This document shows, piece after piece, positions 39,101 through 47,341 of a stretch of 64,000 nt of DNA. Where the stretch lies: the NCBI GenBank assembly GCA_041651115.1, contig JBAZJY010000001.1:453165-517164 (forward strand), read 5' to 3'. The DNA comes from Candidatus Omnitrophota bacterium (GTDB lineage: Bacteria > Omnitrophota > Gorgyraeia > Gygaellales > Profunditerraquicolaceae). The notes under the pieces were generated by a model, which was not told the DNA's origin, ran no database searches, and saw only the letters and a list, made by a program, of their open reading frames with translations. Both the position numbers and the translations under genes were made by a program. How positions within the stretch are numbered: position 1 is the first letter of the stretch; each line of letters begins with the position of its first letter.

Positions 39101-39166
39101 GGCCAGAAAGGACAACACCAAACCATCCGATAGGTTTGGGTGTTGATCCTAGATAGGAGGACAGTT

Positions 39167-39508
39167 ATGATAAATAGGCTTTTCCCCGCTACACCGGAAA
39201 CAAAAGAAACCTTCAGGAAATTCGCGGAACAAGTAACCGGATGGCACGTCAAAGATACCCATATCAAATGCATTAAGATCCACGCCTTCAGCGACCGCAT
39301 TAAACGGCCGGTAGATTCCAATGTCAGCGTAGGCGAAGAACTTGATGCCAACCTTTCCAACAGCCCCCATGAACCGGTACTGGCGATCTTTGAGTCCGAA
39401 GACGTCAAAGAATACCTGGTAGTTACGCCGAACCGGAACAGCCAAAAGGGAACGCTGTATTTCTTTGATCCGCAGGAAGTAATAGGCATAGAAAAAGAAG
39501 ACAACTAA
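39167..39508 (+). CDS. Hypothetical protein (113 aa), no recognisable family
   Basis: ATG 39167 preceded by TAGGAGGA (6-nt spacer); the track ORF start 39140 is upstream of the RBS; preceded by a 12-bp stem hairpin 39113-39145. Confidence 0.5.
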   Translation: MINRLFPATPETKETFRKFAEQVTGWHVKDTHIKCIKIHAFSDRIKRPVDSNVSVGEELDANLSNSPHEPVLAIFESEDVKEYLVVTPNRNSQKGTLYFFDPQEVIGIEKEDN

Positions 39509-39591
39509 CCACCGATTTTTTGGATTGGCGCAAGAAGCTGATTTTTTACGCATCAAATGTCAAAGAATGTCAATATTTTCCTTAAAAGCCA

Positions 39592-39619
39592 TTGCGAAAA
39601 ATAGTTTTTTTGTTATAAT
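39592..39619 (+). promoter_or_regulatory. Strong sigma70-like promoter (TTGCGA, 16-nt spacer, TGtTATAAT extended -10) for the HTH-smc unit
   Basis: -35 39592-39597, extended -10 39611-39619; ATG of the HTH gene at 39640. Confidence 0.55.
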
Positions 39620-39639
39620 GTAACCATATTACCGGGCTT

Positions 39640-39837
39640 ATGTTAAAAACAAAAGAAGACCTGATGACCTTAGACGACCTGGCGGTATACCTGAAAGTCA
39701 GCCGCAGGACGATTTATGAATGGCTTAAAAGCGGAAAAGTTCCGGCGGTAAAAATGATCGGGCAATGGCGTTTTAAAAAAGAAAAAATAGACTCTTGGCT
39801 TGACGAAAAGACTACCAGATGTATTTCAAAAAGTTAG
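39640..39837 (+). CDS. Excisionase-family (HTH_17/MerR-like) helix-turn-helix DNA-binding protein
   Basis: LTLDDLAVYLKVSRRTIYEWLKSGKVPAVKMIGQWRF matches the excisionase-family HTH; its 3' end overlaps the smc start by 19 nt. Confidence 0.6.
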   Translation: MLKTKEDLMTLDDLAVYLKVSRRTIYEWLKSGKVPAVKMIGQWRFKKEKIDSWLDEKTTRCISKS

Positions 39838-42800
39838 AACTTATCGGTTTTAAATCTTTCTACAACAAAACGACCCTCCAATTCGAACCGGGAGTCACGG
39901 CTGTTGTCGGGCCGAATGGTTGCGGAAAATCAAATATTTTTGATTCTATCCGCTGGGTCCTGGGAGAACAATCGGTAAAATCCCTGCGCGGTTCAAGCAT
40001 GGAAGACGTGATCTTTAACGGCACCGAATCCAAAGAGCCGCTTTCCATGGCAGAAGTCAGTCTTACCTTTGACAACGCAAACCGTTTTTTCCCCGTAGAA
40101 CAAGACGAAGTGATCATTACCCGCCGTATTTTCCGTTCCGGAGAAAGCGAATACCTTTTAAATAAAACCCAGGTCCGGCTCAAAGACATCCTTGACCTAT
40201 TGATGGGCACGGGCATCGGCGCGGAAAGCTATTCCCTTGTTCCGCAGGGCAAGATCGACATGATCTTGAGTTCGCGGCCGGAAGACAGGAGACTGGTATT
40301 TGATGAAGCCGCGGGGATCACCAAATACAAAAGCCAAAAGCGGGAAGCTATACGTAAACTGGAAGAAACCGATCAAAATCTCTTAAGGGTCAATGACATT
40401 GTTACCGAAGTCAAGCGCCAGATCGGATCGCTTGAGCGGCAGGCAAATAAAGCCCGGCGTTATAAAGAGGCATTTGATGAATTAAAATCAAAAGAGCTTG
40501 CCCTGGCAATCGCGCAAAAAAGCGATTTTGAAAAAGCAAAGACGGAATTTATCAGCCAGCTGGCTAATCTGGAAGCGGAAGAAAAGCGCCTGGCTGACCT
40601 TCTAAAAGAAAAAGAAGCGGCAATCTCCGGTTCGCAGGCAGAAGTGCGGGGGCTTGAAGAAGCAAGCCTGAACTTAAAAAACGATATCCTGAGCCTGGAA
40701 AACCTGATCTCCCGCAGTAAAGAGCGCGTCAGCTTCAACAAAGAAAGAATAGCCGAGCTAACGGCAAATAAAACGCAGCTTGCCGGCCAGTTGGAACAAG
40801 CGAAATCGCGCCTGGCCGTCGACGAAGAAAAACTTAATTCATTAAAACAGGAACACGACGCCCTGAATAGGAACATTGAAGAGAAAACCGGCCTGCTTAA
40901 AGAAAAGGAATCACTGCTAAACAGCATTACCGCCGCGATCAAGCTCTCGCTGGAAAATATCCAAAACGCAAAGAAAAATATCCTTGACCTGGCAGCGCAC
41001 ATCGCCGCCGCGAAAAATTCGCTCGCCGACCTTAACTCCAAATGCCAGATATTGTCCGCGCGAAAAAAAAGGTTAGAGGTTGAGAAATTCAAGACCGCGG
41101 AAGAGATGGCTTCCATGGAATCCGGGCTTGCCGTTATCCGGCAAGAACTGGATACCATGCAAAAAGAATTTGACCTGACTAACGCTAAAATCGCAGATTC
41201 CCGGATAAGCCTGGAAACGGAAAAGAAATCGCTGGAGAACATCCATTCCGAGATAGACGGCCTGGAAAAACAAAAACTTTCCCTGCAGTCGCAAAAACAA
41301 TTTCTGAATGAGCTGCGCACCAAATACGACGATATCAGCGAATCAATGAACGCGGTGATCTATCTTGACAAAATGCCGGTAGAAAAAATCAGCGGACTGG
41401 TAATAAAAGTTACGGGCCTTAACGGCGATAAAGTATCGGGCGAAGCAAAACCGTTTGACCTGGATACCCATAACATTGAAGAAAAGATAACCGAAACCGA
41501 AACCAAAATTGAAACATTGCGCATTGCCGGAAGCCAGAAGCAAACCAGCCTTGATGTGATGGAGGCAACGATCGGGCAATTGCAGGAAGCTTTGCGCCAG
41601 CAGGAAATATCCCTGATCAATAAAAAAGCTGCCTGCGATTCCGCGTTAAGCCAATTTAATAAAATAAAAGATGAAGGGGAATTGATCGCCATAGAATTAA
41701 CCGACGTAGAAAACGAATTAAAGCAAACCGAGGAAAAAACCGGCGAATCACAATCCAGCCTGACAAAACTGGAAGATGACCAAAAGGCTTGCGACACATT
41801 AATTGCCACGGAGCAAAACAGCATCACCGCAAATAACAGCCTTAAAGAAGGCGCGCTGGTGATCTCTGCCCAGGTAAAAACCGAGCTGGACGCGCTTATC
41901 CGGCGCATCAGTTCCGACAGCAACAACCTGAAAATGCTGGAAAGCCGCTACCTGCAGGATAAAGAGGTTGCGGATAGTATTGAAAAACAGATCCAAGATT
42001 CCGAAAATAAATGCCGCTTTCTGGAATCAGAAATCATTGACCTGGAAAATAAACTGGTTGATAATGATAAGGATATCCGGGATAAACGTTGCCTGCTTAC
42101 GGAAACCGATACAAAACGGCAAGCAGTGGTGGATTCTTTAAGCGGCAGCCTTAAAGAAATAGAGGAAGAAAAAACCGGCCTTGATGCGGCAAAAAACCAG
42201 ATCTATGAGCTACAAATGCAAAATAAGGACATTGAATTTAAATATCAGAGCATTAAAGACCGGATGCTGCAGGCGTATAAAATCGATCTTGAGCTGGTGA
42301 CCGGGCAAGAAGAAGGGATGGCCCAACCACCCATAGATATAAATAACCTTCCGGAAGAGATCGCAAAATTAAAGGATAAAGTAGATTCTTACGGTTCGGT
42401 TAACCTTGTAGCGATCGAGGAATACGACGAGCTTAAAAAACGCTATGATTTCCTTACCCAGCAGCAGACAGACCTCGTCACTGCCAAGGAATCGCTGCAT
42501 GAGGCAATATTAAAAATAAACCGCACCACCAAAAAGATGTTTTTGGAAACTTTTGAAAAAGTGCAGGTTGAATTCCGTAATTATTTCAAGCTCCTGTTTA
42601 ACGGCGGTGACGCGCAGGTCTACCTGATCGACGAACAGGACCCGCTGGAATCGGGGATTGAGATCATCTGCCGGCCGCCCGGGAAGAAATTACAGAACGT
42701 GCTGCTGCTTTCAGGAGGCGAGAAAACCATGTCGGCGATCGCGTTGATCTTCGCGATCTTTAAGATCAAGCCCGCGCCGTTCTGCGTGCTGGATGAAATA

Positions 42801-43070
42801 GACGCGGCGCTTGATGAAGCAAACGTGGACCGCTTCGGCAGGACTCTGCAGGATTTCACTAAGATGTCGCAGTTTATCGTAATTACCCACAACAAAAAGA
42901 CAATTGCCAATGCCGACGTAATGTACGGCATCACCATGGAAGAATCAGGGATATCAAAGATAGTTTCCGTGAAGTTCGGCAACAGCAAAAGCCCCGAATC
43001 ACAATCCGGCGTTAAAGTTCAAGCCACAAAGCAGGACGAAAACCCCGATACAGTCGCAGAGCCGGTCTAA
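39819..43070 (+). CDS. smc: SMC-family chromosome condensation ATPase with an unusually short/non-canonical hinge (1083 aa)
   Basis: N-terminal LELIGFKSF...GPNGCGKSNIFDSIRWVLGEQS and C-terminal LSGGEKTMSAIALIFAIFKIKPAPFCVLDEIDAALD...FIVITHNK heads with long coiled coils. Only ~50 non-helical residues (aa ~510-555) lie between the coiled-coil arms, where a ~150-aa Gly-rich hinge is expected. Confidence 0.75.
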   Translation: MYFKKLELIGFKSFYNKTTLQFEPGVTAVVGPNGCGKSNIFDSIRWVLGEQSVKSLRGSSMEDVIFNGTESKEPLSMAEVSLTFDNANRFFPVEQDEVIITRRIFRSGESEYLLNKTQVRLKDILDLLMGTGIGAESYSLVPQGKIDMILSSRPEDRRLVFDEAAGITKYKSQKREAIRKLEETDQNLLRVNDIVTEVKRQIGSLERQANKARRYKEAFDELKSKELALAIAQKSDFEKAKTEFISQLANLEAEEKRLADLLKEKEAAISGSQAEVRGLEEASLNLKNDILSLENLISRSKERVSFNKERIAELTANKTQLAGQLEQAKSRLAVDEEKLNSLKQEHDALNRNIEEKTGLLKEKESLLNSITAAIKLSLENIQNAKKNILDLAAHIAAAKNSLADLNSKCQILSARKKRLEVEKFKTAEEMASMESGLAVIRQELDTMQKEFDLTNAKIADSRISLETEKKSLENIHSEIDGLEKQKLSLQSQKQFLNELRTKYDDISESMNAVIYLDKMPVEKISGLVIKVTGLNGDKVSGEAKPFDLDTHNIEEKITETETKIETLRIAGSQKQTSLDVMEATIGQLQEALRQQEISLINKKAACDSALSQFNKIKDEGELIAIELTDVENELKQTEEKTGESQSSLTKLEDDQKACDTLIATEQNSITANNSLKEGALVISAQVKTELDALIRRISSDSNNLKMLESRYLQDKEVADSIEKQIQDSENKCRFLESEIIDLENKLVDNDKDIRDKRCLLTETDTKRQAVVDSLSGSLKEIEEEKTGLDAAKNQIYELQMQNKDIEFKYQSIKDRMLQAYKIDLELVTGQEEGMAQPPIDINNLPEEIAKLKDKVDSYGSVNLVAIEEYDELKKRYDFLTQQQTDLVTAKESLHEAILKINRTTKKMFLETFEKVQVEFRNYFKLLFNGGDAQVYLIDEQDPLESGIEIICRPPGKKLQNVLLLSGGEKTMSAIALIFAIFKIKPAPFCVLDEIDAALDEANVDRFGRTLQDFTKMSQFIVITHNKKTIANADVMYGITMEESGISKIVSVKFGNSKSPESQSGVKVQATKQDENPDTVAEPV

Positions 43071-44230
43071 CAAACAGTAGTGTTCTTACCCTTGCCTTTT
43101 GCTTCATAAAGCGCTTTGTCGCAGGCAGCAACGATCTCGGAAGGGGAAGAACCGTCTTCCGGCAAAGACGCGATACCGATGCTTACGGTGAGTTTTTTGT
43201 GCGGCAGGATCTCTTCGTGGGCAAAATGATGCTTTTCTATATCCATCCTTAATCTTTCAGCGATCTGGAACGCTTCTTGTTTGTCGGTCTGCGGCAGGAT
43301 CACGGTGAATTCTTCGCCGCCGTAACGGCTGACAAAATCCATCTTGCGGGAATGCCCCTTAAGCAGCGCAGCCAACTCCTTTAATATACTGTCTCCTGCC
43401 TGATGGCCCAATAAATCGTTATAGACTTTAAAATCGTCAATATCCAGCGCAACAAGGCTTAAGGGCAGCTTATTGATCTTTGCCTTTTCCAGCTCTTCCT
43501 GCAGCAGGTATTGAAAATAACCGTGGTTCCAAAGGTCAGTCAGGGAATCTGAATGCGCGCGAATAACCGTCTTTTCATACAGCTGCGAATTTTCAATTGC
43601 CAGGCCGGCCTGATTGGCCAACATGATCAGCAAACGAAGATCGTCTTTACCAATGGGTTTTTTAGTAATGAAATTGTCGGCAAGGATCAGGCCGTTGACT
43701 TTGTCTTTAGCCTTTAGCGGCACAACTGCCAGCTCTTCCGACCGCAATAACTTGACGATCGGATCATTGACATAGCCCTGGATCGTCTCGGCAGTTAAAT
43801 GCAGCGGCATGCCGTCTAAAACGCTTAAAGCAAGCAGACAGCCGTTATTTTCCCTCAGGGAAACCTTAAAGTGCCTTACCTGCTGGTTAAACCCCGAATT
43901 TACCACATGATTGGACATTTTATACATACTGATCAGATCGTCCAGGTCCATTTTGTTAGTCTCTATCTGCCGCCAAATACGGTTTGCTTCTTCGCCGCTC
44001 TCCGGGCCAATGCCCATTTTGCCGTCTAAGATACTTTCCTTCTCGTTAAGTAGAAACAGGACAGCCCGGTTAAAGCCAAGGCCGGTATGCGCGGTAACGC
44101 CGGTGAGAATAATATAAAGGATCTCCTCCAGCTTAAGCGTAGTGCGCATAGCGTTGGAGACCTCATAAAGCACGGCAAGCTCCATTTTCGCGCGTTCAAG
44201 TTCCTGTTTCGCTTTGGTAAGTTCTTCCAT
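43067..44230 (-). CDS. GAF-domain diguanylate cyclase (GGDEF; active-site GGEEF)
   Basis: C-terminal RYGGEEF with the upstream DxLTxL...D pattern; N-terminal GAF-like domain; convergent with smc and overlaps it by 4 nt. Start is taken at the ATG (MEELTKAK) rather than the track GTG at 44248. Confidence 0.75.
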   Translation of the reverse strand: MEELTKAKQELERAKMELAVLYEVSNAMRTTLKLEEILYIILTGVTAHTGLGFNRAVLFLLNEKESILDGKMGIGPESGEEANRIWRQIETNKMDLDDLISMYKMSNHVVNSGFNQQVRHFKVSLRENNGCLLALSVLDGMPLHLTAETIQGYVNDPIVKLLRSEELAVVPLKAKDKVNGLILADNFITKKPIGKDDLRLLIMLANQAGLAIENSQLYEKTVIRAHSDSLTDLWNHGYFQYLLQEELEKAKINKLPLSLVALDIDDFKVYNDLLGHQAGDSILKELAALLKGHSRKMDFVSRYGGEEFTVILPQTDKQEAFQIAERLRMDIEKHHFAHEEILPHKKLTVSIGIASLPEDGSSPSEIVAACDKALYEAKGKGKNTTVC

Positions 44231-44292
44231 AATTAGACAAATTAGCACATTTTCCCACTTGCGTCAAGTAAAAGGGGAAAGGCGCAAAACGG

Positions 44293-44321
44293 TTGACAGC
44301 CGCTATGAAGAATGATATATT
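44293..44321 (+). promoter_or_regulatory. Sigma70-like promoter for rpsU (TTGACA, 17-nt spacer, TATATT)
   Basis: Read directly; -35 44293-44298, -10 44316-44321. Confidence 0.5.
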
Positions 44322-44359
44322 ATGGGTTCACAAAATATATATGAAAGGAGATGATTATC

Positions 44360-44521
44360 TTGCCGGAAATTGAAATCAGGAAAGACGAGTCTTTTGAATC
44401 GGCGCTGCGCAGATTCAAAAAACAGATCGAAAACGAAGGGATCCTAAGGGAGCTGCGGGAACGCAAGCATTATGAGAAGCCCAGCGAACGCAAAAGGAAG
44501 AAGGCACGCAGAAGAAGATAG
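44360..44521 (+). CDS. rpsU: 30S ribosomal protein S21 (53 aa; TTG start); absent from the ORF track
   Basis: Translation [53 protein letters not shown] matches bS21 (MPEIKVRENESFE.ALRRFKR...HYEKPS.KRK); RBS AAGGAGA 8 nt upstream of TTG 44360. Confidence 0.8.
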   Translation: MPEIEIRKDESFESALRRFKKQIENEGILRELRERKHYEKPSERKRKKARRRR

Positions 44522-44525
44522 CCCT

Positions 44526-45446
44526 ATGCCTTTGCTGCTCTCTACCTCATGGAATGCCTTTCGCCATACAAGCGGCAAAGAACTGATCTTTGAAATTAAA
44601 AAAACCGGTTTTCAGGAAGTAGAGTTAAGCTTTAACCTTACTTCCCAAATGGTAAAAGAGATTGCCGGGCTGGTAAAGGCGAAAAAGATAAAAGTCGGCA
44701 GCCTGCATAATTACTGCCCCATACCCAACGGCCTGGAACGCCGCGCTGCCCTGCCGGATTGCTACTCAATGTCGTCTACCGACGAGAAACAACGGCAGCT
44801 GGCAATAAGATATACTAAGCGGACGATCCGCACGGCAGCAGCCCTGGATGCAAAGGCCGTAGTCCTGCATACCGGAAGGACAGAGATCTGCGATAACACA
44901 AGGCAGCTGATGGAGCTTTACGATAAAGGCCTTAAAAACTCCCTGCAGTTTAAGCGCATAAAAAGAAGAATGACCGGCGATAGAAAAAAACAGGTCGGCG
45001 CATTCCTTAACAGCACGCTCAAGAGCTTAGAAGAACTCGGCCGCTACGCGGAAAAATTAAAAATAAAGCTGGGAGTGGAAAACCGGGTCTATTACCGTGA
45101 GATACCCGGCTTTAAAGAAGTCGGCGCTATCCTTGAGCGGTTTAAAGACGGCAATATTTATTACTGGCACGATACCGGCCACGCGCAGATCATGGAGAAC
45201 CTGGGATTTGCCGTCCATAGGGAATACCTCGACGCGTATGGAAAATACATGCTGGGCATGCATATCCATAATGTCCGCGGCTGCAAAGACCATCAGCCAC
45301 CGCATAAAGGCGATATAGACCTGAAAATCCTTAAGCCTTACGTTAAAGCGCAGACAATAAAAGTGATCGAGGCGCATCATCCGGCAACCGCGCAAGAATT
45401 GATCAAGAGCAGGCAAATGCTTGCGAAAATGTTCAATGAAAAATAA
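44526..45446 (+). CDS. Sugar phosphate isomerase/epimerase (xylose-isomerase-like TIM barrel)
   Basis: ~306 aa; recurring TIM-barrel metal-site pattern (LHTG...E, H..D..H); start at ATG 44526 (MPLLLSTSW). Confidence 0.55.
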   Translation: MPLLLSTSWNAFRHTSGKELIFEIKKTGFQEVELSFNLTSQMVKEIAGLVKAKKIKVGSLHNYCPIPNGLERRAALPDCYSMSSTDEKQRQLAIRYTKRTIRTAAALDAKAVVLHTGRTEICDNTRQLMELYDKGLKNSLQFKRIKRRMTGDRKKQVGAFLNSTLKSLEELGRYAEKLKIKLGVENRVYYREIPGFKEVGAILERFKDGNIYYWHDTGHAQIMENLGFAVHREYLDAYGKYMLGMHIHNVRGCKDHQPPHKGDIDLKILKPYVKAQTIKVIEAHHPATAQELIKSRQMLAKMFNEK

Positions 45447-46254
45447 CACACGCATGCCGGCAGTAGCCGGACAATTTTATCCTTCCTCAGCCGACGAACT
45501 AAAAAAACTGATCGCGAAATTCACTCCGAAAGATACTGCCAAACAAGACGCCATTGCCTGTATCCTGCCGCACGCAGGATATGTTTATTCGGGGAAAGTC
45601 GCGGTTGAAACCGCAGCCAACATCAATATTAAAGATAAAATCATCCTTTTAGGGCCTAATCATACGGGATACGGCGCGGATTTCAGTATCATCGCAGACG
45701 GAGAGTGGTTCACCCCGCTTGGCAGCGTAAAGGTCAACAGCCTGCTTGCGCGGGCAATAATGAAAAACTGCGATTTTGTGGCTGAAGAGCCGCTTGGCCA
45801 TCAATATGAACATTCCCTGGAGGTTGAATTGCCGATCCTCCAACATTTTAAAAAAGAATTTGAGATCGTGCCGATCGCAATCATGTCTGATAACGCGCAG
45901 TTGCTGAAAAAATTAGGCAGCGGAATTGCGCAGGCAATTAAAAACGCGGGCGCTGAAAAGTCAACCTTGATCGTTGCCAGCTCGGACATGACGCATTACG
46001 AGCCGCAGCAGGCTGCCGAGAAAAAAGATAAGGCGGCAATTGAAGCGATTATTACGCTTGATGAAGATAAACTGATCAGCAAGATAGGCGAACTGCACAT
46101 TACCATGTGCGGTTATGCGCCTGCCGTCGCAATGCTGGCTGCGGCAAAGCTCCTGGGAGCAAAAGCTGCCAAGCTGATAAAATACCAGACCAGCGGCGAT
46201 GCCACCGGCGATAAAACCAGCGTGGTCGGCTACGCCGGAATCACGATTTATTAA
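45436..46254 (+). CDS. MEMO1-family protein (AmmeMemoRadiSam system protein B)
   Basis: PAVAGQFYPSSADEL...ILPHAGYVYSG...SDMTHYEP match the Memo-like family; the start could be ATG 45436 (ATGA overlap) or 45454. Confidence 0.75.
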   Translation: MKNNTRMPAVAGQFYPSSADELKKLIAKFTPKDTAKQDAIACILPHAGYVYSGKVAVETAANINIKDKIILLGPNHTGYGADFSIIADGEWFTPLGSVKVNSLLARAIMKNCDFVAEEPLGHQYEHSLEVELPILQHFKKEFEIVPIAIMSDNAQLLKKLGSGIAQAIKNAGAEKSTLIVASSDMTHYEPQQAAEKKDKAAIEAIITLDEDKLISKIGELHITMCGYAPAVAMLAAAKLLGAKAAKLIKYQTSGDATGDKTSVVGYAGITIY

Positions 46255-46256
46255 CC

Positions 46257-46363
46257 GTGGGGACGTCCCTCAAGGTACCATGCTATATTGTGGCAACTCA
46301 TTATAAATCAATAAGCTGTAACTCCGGTTTTATAAAAGGGTGGTACTTTAAAGGACGTCCCAT
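46257..46363. repeat. Pair of palindromic GGGACGTCC(C)...GGTACCA motifs in inverted orientation, ~60 bp apart
   Basis: GGGGACGTCCCTCAAGGTACCA (46258-46280) and TGGTACTTTAAAGGACGTCCCAT (46341-46363); GGGACGTCCC and GGTACC are themselves palindromes. Confidence 0.45.
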
Positions 46364-46388
46364 AAATACATAAATACGAGAGGATAAT

Positions 46389-46745
46389 ATGGACGAAAAA
46401 GAGAAGAATATTGACGAGAGCTGGAAAGAGGCGGCGGAAAAGGAAAAACAGGCGGCAAAACAGGCCGGCGGCAAAGAGATCCCGGAAATGCCGGCGCCGA
46501 CATTCAGTTTTTTTATCGCCACTGTCGCGCTTCAAGCAGCAATCTCTTTGGGCCAGGTGGAAAACCCGGCTACAGACAAGAAAGAAGAGAACCTGCCGCA
46601 GGCCAAATTTATTATTGATACGCTGGATATGCTCAAACAAAAAACCCAAGGCAATCTTGATAAAGACGAACAGGCTGCAATAGAGAATATCCTATATGAA
46701 TTAAAAATGAATTATGTCGCTAAAACCAGAGGAGAAAATAAATGA
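46389..46745 (+). CDS. DUF1844 domain protein
   Basis: Central FSFFIATVALQAAISLGQVENPATDKKEENLPQAKFIIDTLDMLKQKTQGNL matches the DUF1844 core. Confidence 0.55.
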   Translation: MDEKEKNIDESWKEAAEKEKQAAKQAGGKEIPEMPAPTFSFFIATVALQAAISLGQVENPATDKKEENLPQAKFIIDTLDMLKQKTQGNLDKDEQAAIENILYELKMNYVAKTRGENK

Positions 46746-46897
46746 TCGACAAAGAATTGCTAGACATCCTTGCCTGTCCGGCCTGCAAACAAGACGTGGA
46801 GCTTAGGGATAATAAGATCGTCTGCAAAAAATGCGGTAGAAAATACCCGATCAAAGACGGCATCCCGGTAATGCTGATTGACGAAGCAGAGGAATAA
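46742..46897 (+). CDS. Trm112/YcaR-family small zinc-ribbon protein (51 aa); absent from the ORF track
   Basis: MIDKELLDILACPACKQDVELRDNKIVCKKCGRKYPIKDGIPVMLIDEAEE: a CPxC...CxxC zinc ribbon with the DGIP.ML motif of UPF0434/Trm112; ATGA overlap with the upstream stop. Confidence 0.65.
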   Translation: MIDKELLDILACPACKQDVELRDNKIVCKKCGRKYPIKDGIPVMLIDEAEE

Positions 46898-46900
46898 CAA

Positions 46901-47341
46901 ATGAAAAACATACTGGTCATCCACGGCCCGAACCTCGGCCTCCTGGGGAAGCGCGAACCGCAGGTTTACGGCGCGGTTACCCTTAAACAGATCAATCAAT
47001 CGCTGGAAAAGCTGGCACAACAGAAAAGGGTCAAGCTTACCATAAAACAATCCAACCATGAAGGCGAGATCGTGGACATGATCGGAAAAAATAAGGTCAA
47101 GTTTGACGGCATATTGATCAACCCTGCCGCCTACACCCATACCAGCGTGGCGATCCGCGACGCGATTGCCGGCTGCGCAATACCGGCAGTAGAAGTCCAT
47201 CTTTCCAACATCCACGCCAGAGAAGAATTCCGGCATAAATCCCTGATCAGCCCGGTTGCCAAAGGAACTATCCTTGGTTTTGGCCCCAAGAGCTATACCT
47301 TAGGGCTCCTGGCTTTGATCGACCTTATCAGCCTTAAATGA
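46901..47341 (+). CDS. aroQ: 3-dehydroquinate dehydratase, type II
   Basis: [21 protein letters not shown]..., [24 protein letters not shown]. Confidence 0.85.
   Translation: MKNILVIHGPNLGLLGKREPQVYGAVTLKQINQSLEKLAQQKRVKLTIKQSNHEGEIVDMIGKNKVKFDGILINPAAYTHTSVAIRDAIAGCAIPAVEVHLSNIHAREEFRHKSLISPVAKGTILGFGPKSYTLGLLALIDLISLK

Noticed and set aside
39640-39837. Excisionase-family HTH as evidence of a prophage or integrative element.
   Set aside because: No integrase, transposase, att-like direct repeats or phage structural genes are present anywhere in the window, and the flanking genes are housekeeping. I read it as a chromosomal regulator.
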